Virus record (IMG/VR): IMGVR_UViG_3300048599_000773
Coordinates: 1-54,685 of that record
Source of the DNA: a virus
Lineage: Duplodnaviria; Caudoviricetes
DNA length: 54,685 nt
Direction: 5' to 3' (one strand)
Shown here one piece after another: positions 18,901 through 29,074 of the stretch; position 1 is the first letter of the stretch, and every line of letters begins with the position of its first letter. Position numbers and translations under genes: made by a program. The notes beneath the pieces were generated by a model. That model was not told where the DNA came from, made no database searches, and saw only the letters and a program-made list of their open reading frames with translations.

Positions 18901-19235
18901 TTCCCGGTTGTGGCTTTAAGCCAATTGTTCCAGATCATAAGGTATATTTTGCCCCTTTCGATAGTGCCGAAGAAGCCCATTTTATTTGTGCTTTGCTTAA
19001 TTCAAAACCAATTAAGTCCTTTATTGATAGCTTTACGGTAAAACTTCAAGTAGGAACATTATTTCGGCACATTAATCTTCCCAAATATGATCCTGGATTG
19101 GATACTCATAATAAATTAGTTGAATTATCCAAAGTAGCCCATTCAATCTTGATTCAAACGACAGGAAAAAGCCCAATTGAAAAAGAGCAAAGAAATATTG
19201 ATTTGCTTGTACAGAAACTTATTGAGGCCTTATAA
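15999..19235 (+). CDS. Type IIG/Eco57I-like restriction-modification fusion (N6-adenine MTase)
   Basis: GEYFTP, LDPCCGSGNF (motif I), GNPPW (motif IV); N-terminal D...IIEFK nuclease-like motif; C-terminal TRD-like region. Confidence 0.8.
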   Translation: MIHKRVIDFVASFKENTRNAQNEEELRIGFHYAASHILGYKDLKYERNRQDLRRNRVIIEFKDKGLFNGSEKSAKFLEASNKLIDGYIPSQANRDQRPVSDYIGICFDGIHFSFVFIEQNGVVHKTNLQLFSENSAGALVLALDKDGRKELTAENVCDSFGPASYIAKIMINGLWNHFESSLKTKASRVEMLFAEWKDIFEQSTNLGGIGQERLGTYLISIGVPHNADLTKVLFILNTYHALFFKLLAAEIVLVNSVIPNLRPDYCFGAASLDNQALAYSLEHDIEESDIFRQSKIQNFVEGTFFSWYLCNIPESLIDAIREILQHINLYRLNSLNIDKTRDVVKYIYQELIPSPLRHGLGEYFTPEWLVEFALNNAGYNGTGILDKKYLDPCCGSGNFLIHAINRFKMVARTKGWSNEKILNGILESIYGFDLNPLAVLTARVNYLIAISDLIANHSEVEIPVYQADAVYSPSISITNKHELAVRSYQIGTNFPEMPNIDLELPEDLIQKNRLLAQVLEIMEQSIRLGDTEEVYLAILKKEHSIAKEPSFILWEPFIREMFRKIQELEQNDWNRIWCRIFRNFFASVAIGQCDIIAGNPPWVRWSELPKKYAERIKPTCESYDIFSEDVYFGGNELDISGMITYTVADKWLKNGGYLCFVITQSHFQSQSSGGFRRFEINGLPLKVLRVDDFTGAKPFRQLVNKPTVLSIQKGFATNYPVKYYMWKLSSKKSIDEDLDWDKANLQLKSEEQEANPMGPGLRWSIMPPGEFSFVEKLVGKDTETVGRKGIVTDLNGAYFLEILGPGKESNHLICRNCPETGRQKLLPRRIVEVNSEFIYPLIKGAENIRPFYATTSPVYVLIPNKKIKSKEIPTVSELAKINPSLLRYFQEINSIKSNGVGLLDLRSTWKSRQRPQFEDLVKKGEMDSRDIPFYAIYDVGDYTFSPFKVVWAEISKTLQAAVVSNAEVPGCGFKPIVPDHKVYFAPFDSAEEAHFICALLNSKPIKSFIDSFTVKLQVGTLFRHINLPKYDPGLDTHNKLVELSKVAHSILIQTTGKSPIEKEQRNIDLLVQKLIEAL

Positions 19236-19274
19236 CATCAAAATATTAGCAAGCAGAGAAGAGGTCGCTTAAAC

Positions 19275-20372
19275 ATGAAAGCAATTTCGTTATTCTCCGG
19301 TTGTGGAGGAATGGATTTTGGAGCAGAAAAAGCTGGAGTAGAAATAATATTTGCTAGTGAACTTATTCCCGAATACTGCAATACATTGCGTAAATATTTT
19401 CCCAATACTGAAATTGTTGAAGGTGATATCGAGAATATTAAAGATTTTCCTGAGGCCGATTTAGTAATTGGAGGGTATCCTTGCCAATCATTTTCAATGG
19501 GAGGCAATCGCGATCCCAAAAAAGATAAGCGAACTTACTTATATCAACATTATGCCCGATGTTTAGAACTAGTACAACCTATGTATTTTATTGCGGAGAA
19601 TGTTGACGGATTGCAAAAATTACAGGGGGGCGCTTTTTTAAAAGAGCAGATTTCCACATTTGAAAACGCCGGTAAATTTGGCTACTACATTACATATAAG
19701 GTTTTGGATGCCAAAGAATATGGTGTTCCCCAATCTAGAAAGAGAATGTTAATAGTAGGAGTCCGGAAAGATATTGGGAGGGCTTTTATTTTTCCTGATC
19801 CTACCCATGGCAGGCCTACCAAAAAATATCCAAATTTAATTCCCTTCGCATCCCATGGAGAAGCAATCAAAGACTTGCCTTTATGGCCTACTGGAGAGTT
19901 TTATGAACGGCCTCATGATCCGGAAGGGCATTTTTCTTGGTATTATATGTCTAGGAATAGAAAAGCTAATTGGGATAACCCCTCTTATACAATAGTGGCA
20001 AATTGGAGGCATATTACATTGCATCCTGCCAGCCCAATAATGAAACTTACTTGGTCTGATTTGTCCAATGGATGGAAACAGCGGTGGGATTTTAGCAATG
20101 AATATGAACATATTATTAAACATCCTGAGTTGCCAATTTTAGAACAACCACGCCGATTATCATGGCGGGAATGCGCTAGAATTCAAACTTTCCGGGATGG
20201 CTTTGAGCCGGAGGGAAAAGCCGATTCCAAATTTACCCAAATAGGCAATGCAGTACCGCCTTTATTAGCTGAGGTTATAATTAGGCATCTTATTTCCGGA
20301 AAAGGGTTAGCTTCAATAGAAAAATTAAAATATAGCAAACAAGATAGAGTATCTTTTAATAATATTAAATAA
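19275..20372 (+). CDS. dcm: DNA cytosine-5 methyltransferase
   Basis: LFSGCGG, GGYPCQSFS, ENV, PQSRKR, QIGNAVPP. Confidence 0.95.
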   Translation: MKAISLFSGCGGMDFGAEKAGVEIIFASELIPEYCNTLRKYFPNTEIVEGDIENIKDFPEADLVIGGYPCQSFSMGGNRDPKKDKRTYLYQHYARCLELVQPMYFIAENVDGLQKLQGGAFLKEQISTFENAGKFGYYITYKVLDAKEYGVPQSRKRMLIVGVRKDIGRAFIFPDPTHGRPTKKYPNLIPFASHGEAIKDLPLWPTGEFYERPHDPEGHFSWYYMSRNRKANWDNPSYTIVANWRHITLHPASPIMKLTWSDLSNGWKQRWDFSNEYEHIIKHPELPILEQPRRLSWRECARIQTFRDGFEPEGKADSKFTQIGNAVPPLLAEVIIRHLISGKGLASIEKLKYSKQDRVSFNNIK

Positions 20373-20798
20373 ATGGCTGACTTTTTTTCAAAAGAACAAC
20401 GAAGCCTTTATATGGCAAAAATTAAAAGCACAGGAACTAAGCCAGAACAGAGATTGTATGAGTTATTATTTGAGCTTATCCCTGATCATGAAATAGTGGC
20501 AAATCCAAAAAACTTGCCTGGCAAGCCGGATGCTTGGATTCCTGATTTAAAAATGGCTATTTTTGCAGATGGTTGTTTTTTCCATTGTTGCCCTATACAT
20601 GGGCATATTCCTAAAAGCAATACCGATTATTGGGAATCGAAGCTTAAACGTAATAAAGCCAGAGATCGGAAAATTAATAAAGAACTTAAAGAATTGGGAT
20701 TTAAAACGGTGAGAATATGGGAACATCAATTGCAAGATGATTTGGTAGCGGCAAAAAGAAAAATCAAAAGAGCACTTAAAACTTGTTCAAACCATTAA
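20373..20798 (+). CDS. vsr: Very short patch repair endonuclease
   Basis: RSLYMAKIKSTGTKPE, LPGKPD, DGCFFH, IWEH; next to a C5 MTase. Confidence 0.92.
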   Translation: MADFFSKEQRSLYMAKIKSTGTKPEQRLYELLFELIPDHEIVANPKNLPGKPDAWIPDLKMAIFADGCFFHCCPIHGHIPKSNTDYWESKLKRNKARDRKINKELKELGFKTVRIWEHQLQDDLVAAKRKIKRALKTCSNH

Positions 20799-20901
20799 CA
20801 TTTCAAATGAATTCACTTGGCTGACAATATAGGGGAATGTAAACCTTTCACTTTATTTATTTCTAACCTCAGTTAATAGCCTGTGAAATATATATTTATG
20901 T

Positions 20902-21519
20902 TCAATCTTCTTTTTCGATAGATTCAATAGTTAAATCGTTATTATCAGAAAAACGATAGTTTACTAAGAATATCTTTAGGCATGTTCCAAGTAAAGCAAT
21001 AGAATACCAAATAATAAACCAAAATAAATATCCATAAATAAAAGTAATGACTATTAAATTAGCTGTTGTTACAAGAATGGAATCTATAAATGATAAAAGA
21101 AACAAAAATGAAAAAGCTATTAATGTAAGGCCGATAACATATCCTAAAAAATAAAAGCTAAATAAAATTCCAATTAAGTATTGTGCCAACCCTTTCTTAT
21201 TGATCTTAAAAATAACCCGTTCATTAATTGTCCCAGTTATTATAGCCAAACCACCAACAACAAAACCCAAAACACTTATTAATCCTGCAATCACCGCCAA
21301 AGAAATGTCTTTTATAATTTCATTAAATGTAACAATATTGACATGGTTATACAACACAAAAAAGACAATTATAGTTATAACAGCTAATATAATAGAAAAT
21401 ATGCCTTCGAAACTACAATAAAATTCCTTATATTTCTTTGTAGATAATAATAATTGAAAAAAATTACTATTTGCATAAAAATATTGGATATCAACATTAT
21501 TACTGTTTTTCTTCTTCAC
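20902..21519 (-). CDS. Four-TM membrane protein
   Basis: Four hydrophobic segments; overlaps its upstream partner gene. Confidence 0.75.
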   Translation of the reverse strand: MKKKNSNNVDIQYFYANSNFFQLLLSTKKYKEFYCSFEGIFSIILAVITIIVFFVLYNHVNIVTFNEIIKDISLAVIAGLISVLGFVVGGLAIITGTINERVIFKINKKGLAQYLIGILFSFYFLGYVIGLTLIAFSFLFLLSFIDSILVTTANLIVITFIYGYLFWFIIWYSIALLGTCLKIFLVNYRFSDNNDLTIESIEKED

Positions 21520-22384
21520 TCAATTTCATCCTCATTTTCAAGCTAATTATTTCTGGAATATAGTTATTTGCATATTCTTTTATACTAGCAATACTATTTT
21601 TTTCGTTTTCTGGAATGGGGCGTGTAAGTGGGGCATCCTCATCACTATTAACTGTATAATGATTCCCTACACCATCATTTCCTTCAGCTACTATTTCTCC
21701 ATAACCCTTTCCAATTCCATAAAACATTCTTTCGAAAAATTTACCTTTCCAATTTACACCTTCTTTGTTTTTTGTTGATGTCGTCAATGTTTGTCTATAT
21801 TTCGTGGCATTTGTTTCTTTAAATTCTTCATAATTAAGGCCAAGTAATCGTTTAAATTCTTCATCATTAGCATTGGGTGGTACTATAGTTACATCTACTC
21901 TTAGAATTTGCTTGAATCTAGATAGCTTAGTTCTCAATTCATCAATGTTTTTTTCAAGATAAATTTCAAATTCAATATCATCAAAGTAACCATCTATCAA
22001 ATCTTTAAAGTGCTGGTTAAATTGTTTATAACCAAAATCTCTCTTTGTTGGAAATACAAGAATTTCAGTTCTTAAATCAAAATAAAAAGTAATATGGGAA
22101 GCACAGTTTTCTGAAGGAATAACATCTATTGTATCCTTTTCGGGAACGTAATTTTCGTTTTCACCTTCAAAAATTTTTACCAATCTCCCAACAACAAATC
22201 TTTGCTCAATATTTTTTTCTAGATCACAAAATTTATATCTAGTTTTATCTTCAGTTATTAATTCCTTCTCTTGACTCATCTTTTGTAATAATTCATCCAA
22301 AATCTTATCTTTTAACTTGATATCTTCATAGACATTGTAAATATTGGAGTTAATATTTACTTTTGAAAAATAGAGAATTGCCAT
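21500..22384 (-). CDS. DUF4747-like protein (tentative)
   Basis: 294 aa; FYFDL..E.L.F and ..PPNAN motifs recalled from this family. Confidence 0.5.
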   Translation of the reverse strand: MAILYFSKVNINSNIYNVYEDIKLKDKILDELLQKMSQEKELITEDKTRYKFCDLEKNIEQRFVVGRLVKIFEGENENYVPEKDTIDVIPSENCASHITFYFDLRTEILVFPTKRDFGYKQFNQHFKDLIDGYFDDIEFEIYLEKNIDELRTKLSRFKQILRVDVTIVPPNANDEEFKRLLGLNYEEFKETNATKYRQTLTTSTKNKEGVNWKGKFFERMFYGIGKGYGEIVAEGNDGVGNHYTVNSDEDAPLTRPIPENEKNSIASIKEYANNYIPEIISLKMRMKLSEEEKQ

Positions 22385-22422
22385 TTTAACGCCTCCAATA
22401 AAATTTTGCCGTGTCTCACTCT

Positions 22423-22605
22423 TTAATTTTCTTTTTCTTGAGAAGCTTTAATAAAAGCTTCTAAATCCGATTTATGAACTCTCCAAAGATCACCTAGTTT
22501 AATTGCTTTTAATTTCCCCTGTCTTATCCAAGCCGATACAGTACGAGGCTTTATATTAAATTTTTCCGCGATTTCTTGAGGACTATAATATTCTTTCTCC
22601 GGCAT
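22423..22605 (-). CDS. Excisionase-like HTH_17 DNA-binding protein
   Basis: YSPQEIAE...TVSAWIRQGKLKAIKLGDLWRV. Confidence 0.85.
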   Translation of the reverse strand: MPEKEYYSPQEIAEKFNIKPRTVSAWIRQGKLKAIKLGDLWRVHKSDLEAFIKASQEKEN

Positions 22606-22781
22606 TAAATTAACCTCCTGACCTAATTATTTTAACATATCCTAAAACTCCTTTCCACCACCTCACAACCCACATAGCCCACATAACCAAAAATGCTTGA
22701 TTAATTTATTGTTTTATGATAACCTATAAATACGATATTAACTATATAACCTTAAATGAATTTGAAAGGTTGGTTATCTCT

Positions 22782-23237
22782 ATGCCTATTACCGACATCA
22801 ACATTTATACCCTCAAGCAAGTCAGATCAAAACGCCGCCGTTATGACCTCGAAGGCTGCCGGATAACCTGTGCGTTGGCTTGCTATACTACCCTCGAATT
22901 CATCCTCGATCTCAAATCCGAACCGGTGGAGAAGTTCGGCATTATCGCGCTGAATGCCAAGAGGGAAATCAACGGAGTCCATATTATCTGTAGCGGTTCT
23001 ATTAATCACACTATTATTGATCCAAGAGAAGTCTTTATGGCGGCGATGATGAATAACGCCAGTGCGATTATCGCGTTCCACAACCATCCCAGCGGCGATC
23101 CGTCCCCGTCAAGTGATGATATTCAACTTACCCAAAGATTGAAAGAGGCCGGGGATATACTCGGTATACCACTAATCGACCATATGATCACCGGGAACGG
23201 GAAGTATACAAGCTTGAAGGAAGAAAAGTTGTTTTGA
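22782..23237 (+). CDS. RadC-like JAB-domain protein
   Basis: PREVF, HNHPSGDPSPSSDD, DHMI; ATG 22782 after GAAAGG. Confidence 0.9.
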   Translation: MPITDINIYTLKQVRSKRRRYDLEGCRITCALACYTTLEFILDLKSEPVEKFGIIALNAKREINGVHIICSGSINHTIIDPREVFMAAMMNNASAIIAFHNHPSGDPSPSSDDIQLTQRLKEAGDILGIPLIDHMITGNGKYTSLKEEKLF

Positions 23238-23264
23238 TTATACCACATTACGGAGGTTTGTCCT

Positions 23265-23582
23265 ATGGCCGATTTTGAATTTGAAATCACGGAATCCGAT
23301 TCGATGGTTGATCTGGAGGAGTATATTAATTATCTCATTATTGAACGTTGTAATGAGATCTATTATAAAATTATCAGCCATAATGCGGAATATCAAAATC
23401 TGCAAGCGGAGATTAAGAATTGTTTTAAAGAACTCCTGCGGGTACTGCCAGAGCCGGCGCAGAAGGAGATCATTAATGAAAGATTGTCGATTGTGATCGG
23501 GTCGTTGGAGATGTTGCTGTCGAGGTTGACGTATAAGCAGGTGTTGAAGGATGGGATGAGGGTGAAGGAGTGGATGGACTAA
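23265..23582 (+). CDS. Hypothetical helical protein
   Basis: GGAGG RBS; 105-aa ORF. Confidence 0.6.
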   Translation: MADFEFEITESDSMVDLEEYINYLIIERCNEIYYKIISHNAEYQNLQAEIKNCFKELLRVLPEPAQKEIINERLSIVIGSLEMLLSRLTYKQVLKDGMRVKEWMD

Positions 23583-24162
23583 AAGTTAAAAAAGATGAAT
23601 AATGAAAAATTAATATAAGGAATAATTTTGGAAATGCCGAATTTTATAGTAGATTTTTATGTCTATCAGTAATACAGTTCTTCTCTTAAAATTGGTGATT
23701 GAAAATAAAGACAACCAAGATATTTTCAATCTCTTTTTTCTTTTTTTGTTCCTATTCCCTACTCTGGCCTGCATTGGAGTCTCGTGCCCGGCCCTTCATG
23801 GACACGGCCTTTCGAAGAAGTATTTATAAAACTTGAAACCTTGTACAAGAAAGGACGGCCTAAAATGGATTATGAATCCCTTCATCCCAAGTATAAAGAA
23901 TACTATGAACTACTCAAAGAATCACAAGATCTCAATTTTCAACTTGGGGTATTTAACAATGAAATCTTACGCTTTAAAATCTCATTACTATTGATACAAA
24001 CCGGCTTATTCTTGAAATAATCGGGATTACAATACCAGCTATGGTACTTGTATTAACATTTAAAAGAATGTTGACGACCAAAAAAAGGGGAGAATTAACT
24101 CTCCGCGCAACTACTAAAAGAATTTATTAGAATGTATGATGAATTTGGGGAGGAAAGCGAAA

Positions 24163-26358
24163 ATGAAAATTGCATTTATTGATATTCAAAATTTCCGTAA
24201 ATTAAAGCAATGTCGTATTAACTTAAGTGGTACAACTACACTTTTTGTTGGTGCAAACAACAGTGGTAAAACATCTGCAATGGACGCTTTAGCCAAGTTT
24301 TTGGCAAAAAGAAACTTTGTGTTTAATGATATTACTTTGTCAAATAAATCTATAATAGTTGCTATTGGACAAGAATGGGAGAAAGAGGAATATGTGATCC
24401 CTGATTCATTAGAAAATTGGGAATGCATTTTTCCGAGTTTAGACGTTTGGCTGGATGTCACAGATAATGAAATACAATATGTAGCGCACATAATACCTAC
24501 TCTTGATTGGAAGGGAGGTATCTTAGGCGTAAGATTTATATACCAGCCAAAAGATATTTCTAAAATGTATGCGGAATACAGAGAATCATACATAGCAGCC
24601 AGAAAGACTGAATCTTCTAATCCAAGCAATACATTGGCACTATGGCCAAAGAATTTGTGCGATTTTCTTGAAAAACGATTGAGTACCTTGTGTACACTAA
24701 AGGCATATATTCTTGATCCTGAAAAGGCAAATAACGAGCAACCCCAGAAAACAGCCTATGATATGGAGTGCTTTGAGCAAAATCCTTTGGAAGGTCTTAT
24801 CCACATTGATATAATTAGCGCACAACGGGGATTTTATGACCCGGAATCCAGAGAAAATAATAATGATAATACCAGTAGTGGAAACTTATCATCACAGCTT
24901 AGAAGCTACTATGATAAACATCTTGATCCGGAGAAATCACCAACACCAGAAGATATAAGTACTTTACAGGCACTGGAAACGGCAAAAATTGCCTTCAATC
25001 AAAATTTGGGAGTAAAGTTTAAAGAAGCAATTGAAGAACTGGAGAAACTTGGGTATCCCGGAATAAATGATCCACAAATTACAATAGCAACAAAAGTGAA
25101 TGCTACTGAAACATTAAAGCATGAATCTGCAGTTCAATATTCATTAATTAAAAATGCTGGTGATGACTATAAGTTGCCGGAAAAGTATAATGGATTAGGT
25201 TATCAAAACTTAGTTTCGATGGTATTTTTACTCATGCGATTTAGAGATGATTGGATGCAAGTCGGAAAGGCAAAGCAAGAAAAAGAACTTGCAGGCCAAA
25301 AAATTGCGCCATTACATTTAGTTTTACTTGAAGAACCTGAAGCCCATTTGCACATGCAAGTTCAACAGGTATTTATAAATAAAGCTTATAGTGTTTTGAG
25401 AAAGCACAAATTTCTTTCCGAACATCCTAATTTCTGTACTCAATTGGTAGTCAGCTCACATTCAAGCCATATTGCTCGAGAAGTGAGTTTCGCCAATTTG
25501 AGATATTTTAAAAGATTGTGTGCAACAACAGATTGTAATATACCAACTACAAAAGTTATCAATTTGTCAGATGTATTTGGCAAAGAGGATGAAACTGATA
25601 AATTTGTTACCCGGTATTTACAGACAACACACTGTGATCTGTTTTTTGCTGATGCAGTAATAATGGTTGAGGGATCGGCAGAAAAGATGCTCATTCCTCA
25701 TTTTATTCGCAATAAATATCCGGAACTTAATCAAAGGTATATTACAATGCTTGAAATTAATGGTAGCCACGCTCACCGTCTTAAACCCTTAATTGATAAA
25801 CTGTGCTTAACAACGCTAATTATTACAGATTTAGATCCTGTTTCTCACGAGGGTCACCATCCATCCGTATACCCTCAAAGGAATAAACAAATAATCACAG
25901 GTAACGATACTTTAAAATCATGGATTCCTAAAAAAACAAGTTTTGATGAATTATTGGATTTATCATATGAAGAAAAAAGTGTTTCGTGCAATATACCCTA
26001 TTGCTACTCTGTGAGAGTAGCATATCAAACTCCATTAACTATTGACTATAAAGCGGATAAAGCAATAGAAGCATTATCAAGCACCTTAGAAGATGCAATA
26101 GTATATTCAAATATTGATCTTTTAGGCAACTTAACAGGTACAGGACTCATTAATACGTTTAACAATTTAATTGAAAATAAAAATAATTTTGCAGAATTAC
26201 ATGCCGATGTGTATGCTGAGTTACACAAAAAAAATGTAAAAAAAGCAGAGTTTGCACTAGACTTGATTTATTCGGTAGATCCAGAAAAAATTGCAGTCCC
26301 TCTTTATATTTCTCAAGGTTTAAATTGGCTTCAAGAACAGCTCCGATCTCACGAATAA
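24163..26358 (+). CDS. gajA: OLD-family ABC ATPase/TOPRIM nuclease (GajA-like)
   Basis: GANNSGKT, GLGYQN signature, EEPEAHLH, SSHS, LFFAD..IMVEGSAE, ITDLD. Confidence 0.8.
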   Translation: MKIAFIDIQNFRKLKQCRINLSGTTTLFVGANNSGKTSAMDALAKFLAKRNFVFNDITLSNKSIIVAIGQEWEKEEYVIPDSLENWECIFPSLDVWLDVTDNEIQYVAHIIPTLDWKGGILGVRFIYQPKDISKMYAEYRESYIAARKTESSNPSNTLALWPKNLCDFLEKRLSTLCTLKAYILDPEKANNEQPQKTAYDMECFEQNPLEGLIHIDIISAQRGFYDPESRENNNDNTSSGNLSSQLRSYYDKHLDPEKSPTPEDISTLQALETAKIAFNQNLGVKFKEAIEELEKLGYPGINDPQITIATKVNATETLKHESAVQYSLIKNAGDDYKLPEKYNGLGYQNLVSMVFLLMRFRDDWMQVGKAKQEKELAGQKIAPLHLVLLEEPEAHLHMQVQQVFINKAYSVLRKHKFLSEHPNFCTQLVVSSHSSHIAREVSFANLRYFKRLCATTDCNIPTTKVINLSDVFGKEDETDKFVTRYLQTTHCDLFFADAVIMVEGSAEKMLIPHFIRNKYPELNQRYITMLEINGSHAHRLKPLIDKLCLTTLIITDLDPVSHEGHHPSVYPQRNKQIITGNDTLKSWIPKKTSFDELLDLSYEEKSVSCNIPYCYSVRVAYQTPLTIDYKADKAIEALSSTLEDAIVYSNIDLLGNLTGTGLINTFNNLIENKNNFAELHADVYAELHKKNVKKAEFALDLIYSVDPEKIAVPLYISQGLNWLQEQLRSHE

Positions 26359-26382
26359 TATTATGAGGAGGATAGTACTTTA

Positions 26383-28233
26383 ATGAATGAAATAATAATA
26401 ACTAACGATAATCATGTAGATGATCATGTGGATGAAGAAATAATAAAATGCTTTGATAAAGATAAACCCAGAAGCTTCTTTACTTTTGCTGGAGCTGGAT
26501 CTGGAAAAACGCGGAGTTTGGTAAATGCTCTTTCTTATCTTGATTCCCATATTGGATCTGAGTTTGTTGCATATTCACGGCAAATTGCTGTAATTACCTA
26601 TACCAATGCTGCATGTGATGAAATTTTAAGACGGGTTGACTATAAACCCCTATTCGCTGTATCTACGATTCATAGTTTTATATGGGAACTTATAAAAAAC
26701 CAACAACGCGATATTAAAAAATGGGTTATAAATAATATTACTTTGGAAATTCTAGATTTGGAAGATAAACAAGCAAGAGGACGCGCTGGAGCGGCTTCAA
26801 TTGAGCGTGCTGAAAAAATCGACTCAAAAAAGAAACGACTTTCAAAAATTGAAACCATCAAAAGATTCTCGTACAATCCTAATGGTGAAAACTTAGGATA
26901 TGATTCTCTCAATCATGCTGAAGTAATAAAAATGGGCTCCGAGTTTATTATGAACAGCCAAACCATGCAAAAAATATTGATTAGCAGATACCCTATACTT
27001 CTAATTGATGAAAGCCAAGACACAAAGAAAGAATTAGTTGATTCTCTACTTTCTCTATACGAAAATCATAAAACTGAAATTGTTATTGGTATGTTCGGGG
27101 ATACAATGCAAAAGATTTATACCGACGGAAAAGATAATTTATCATTATGTATACCAGATGACTGGGAAAAACCAGTTAAAGTAATGAATCATAGAAGTTC
27201 GAAGCGCATAGTAGATTTGGCAAATACCATTAGAAAAGATATAGACGGAAAAGTTCAAAGAAATCGCTCTGATGCGGAACCGGGCATAGTTCGTTTATTT
27301 ATTGCCAATACAAATGATGATAAGGCTACGGTCGAAAAGCGCGTTGCTGATGATATGGCAGAAATAACAAATGATAAGCAATGGCTTATTCTAAATGAAT
27401 ATAAAACCCTTATTCTTGAGCATCATATGGCAGCCAGCAGATTGGGATTTTTTGATTTATATTCACCTTTATATGCAATAGACTCACTCAAAACCGGAAT
27501 TCTTGATGGATCACTTCCGGAAATTCGTATGTTTACAAAAATGGTTTTACCTCTTGTAAATGCATATCAAAGTGGAAATAAATTTGAAGTTTCAAAAATC
27601 GTAAGGCAATACTCACCACTTTTGAATAAAAAAGTATTCATTAACAGTGACAGTCAAATAAAAAATCTTAAAATGGCTGAAGAAGCCGTGAAAGACTTAT
27701 ATTCATTATGGGATAACAAGCATGTTCCAACATGTTTAGAAATTTTAAAAAAAGTTGAAAAACGTAAGTTATTTGAAATCCCAAGCCGTTTACAAGGTAT
27801 TACGGAATTGAATAGTGAAGACTCACAAGATGAGATTACTGGTTCTTTGTTATCTGCGCTCTCAGTCTCCTTTGATCAAGTCAAATATTATGATGCGTAT
27901 ATTAACGGCGAAACATCTTTTGCAACTCATCAAGGTATAAAAGGACTTGAATTTCCACGAGTTCTCGTTATTATGGATGACGAAGAGGCTAAAGGTTTTC
28001 TATTCAGTTATGAAAAATTATTTGGGGCAAAAGCAAAAACAGACACTGATATAAATAATGAGCGTGATGGAAAAGATACAAGCATTTCGCGAACTAAAAG
28101 ACTATTTTATGTTGCTTGTACGCGTGCACAGAAGAGCTTAGCAATTATTGCATATACTGGTAATATATCAGCTGTAAAGAATACTGCTATAAAGAATGCT
28201 TGGTTTTGTGAAAATGAAATAGTTACTTTTTAA
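26383..28233 (+). CDS. gajB: UvrD-like helicase (GajB-like)
   Basis: AGAGSGKT, ITYTNAA, IDESQD, GDTMQKIY, NHRS, THQGIKGLEF, LFYVACTRA. Confidence 0.8.
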   Translation: MNEIIITNDNHVDDHVDEEIIKCFDKDKPRSFFTFAGAGSGKTRSLVNALSYLDSHIGSEFVAYSRQIAVITYTNAACDEILRRVDYKPLFAVSTIHSFIWELIKNQQRDIKKWVINNITLEILDLEDKQARGRAGAASIERAEKIDSKKKRLSKIETIKRFSYNPNGENLGYDSLNHAEVIKMGSEFIMNSQTMQKILISRYPILLIDESQDTKKELVDSLLSLYENHKTEIVIGMFGDTMQKIYTDGKDNLSLCIPDDWEKPVKVMNHRSSKRIVDLANTIRKDIDGKVQRNRSDAEPGIVRLFIANTNDDKATVEKRVADDMAEITNDKQWLILNEYKTLILEHHMAASRLGFFDLYSPLYAIDSLKTGILDGSLPEIRMFTKMVLPLVNAYQSGNKFEVSKIVRQYSPLLNKKVFINSDSQIKNLKMAEEAVKDLYSLWDNKHVPTCLEILKKVEKRKLFEIPSRLQGITELNSEDSQDEITGSLLSALSVSFDQVKYYDAYINGETSFATHQGIKGLEFPRVLVIMDDEEAKGFLFSYEKLFGAKAKTDTDINNERDGKDTSISRTKRLFYVACTRAQKSLAIIAYTGNISAVKNTAIKNAWFCENEIVTF

Positions 28234-28680
28234 ATAGATGAACTAGTAGTTACTTCTTTGCGGATATGCTCTGATCCTGGGCCTGTATTTTAATGAAAGA
28301 CTAAATCCGGTCGGATCGATTCTTTTGTTTGAAGGACCGAAAAGCTATAATTAAGGAACTCGACACAATTCTAACCCCGATTTTCCCCTTTACAAATAAA
28401 ACCAGCCACAAAAATGGAATTTTATGGATAAAGTCAATTCTAGTATGTGTGGTGAGTTATTTGGAATGGACGGAAGCAAATTATATCCGGGAACCGGTAT
28501 TTTAGCAATTTAATTTTGAGGTATCACCGGAGGAATGCAGAGTGTAAACACTAATAGTCCTCTAGGTTCTAAAGTGAAGTTACTTGGATGATTAATAAAT
28601 TGGAAATTTTTTACATAATCAAGCTTAAATTTAATGGCCTTTAAATGTTTTCCGGCTCCATGGATAAAGCCGGGCGAATT

Positions 28681-28825
28681 CATTAAAAAGAACCCCCGAA
28701 TCTCAATGTCGGGGGTTTAAGTAGTTTATTTATAAAGTGATTTCCTTTTCACGGACGAGGATAAGGTTAGGTGCGGCTTGGGACTACCATAAAAAGATTT
28801 AACCAGCTAAAGGCTGGTTTTTTGT
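28681..28825. repeat. att-like repeat copy 1 (hairpin + recombinase tail + ACCA + hairpin)
   Basis: CCCCCGA..TCGGGGG hairpin; TTTTCACGGACGAGGATAAGGTTAGGTGCGGCTTGGGACTACCA; AACCAGC-TAAA-GGCTGGTT(T)n. Confidence 0.9.
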
Positions 28826-29074
28826 TGTCTAATTCTCAACATTTCTCCAATGGTATTGAATCGAATGGAGGAAGTAGATTAAATTTAAACGAAGTTTTTA
28901 TAAGACTAAAACCCTGAATCCATTCGTTCCTTAGTTTTTAAATGTTGGAAATGGATTATCTGTATCCAAATAATTCCAAAAGCGAATTCGTCACCAAGAG
29001 TTTTTTTTATCAATAAAATTGTGTTATAATGGGTTTAAGTAGAAATCGTGTTCCTTAACTGGAGGGATTAAGAA

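Larger units (their letters stand above)
1..28790. mobile_element. Prophage (left end outside window) including right-end cargo up to the first attR-like repeat
   Basis: Canonical module order to 15732, AT-rich cargo, then the first att-like repeat ending ACCA at 28789; the right boundary is inferred. Confidence 0.6.

Noticed and set aside
20902-22384. Calling the pair Kiwa (kwaAB)
   Set aside because: The gene order is soluble-then-TM and the soluble protein does not clearly match KwaB by eye.
23784-24020. 78-aa ORF
   Set aside because: Weak start and no motif; it may be a small gene or relic but cannot be supported.
28746-28789. tRNA gene or fragment suggested by the ACCA end and terminator
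   Set aside because: No TTC T-loop or cloverleaf upstream of ACCA; the sequence instead reads as a recombinase tail on the minus strand.
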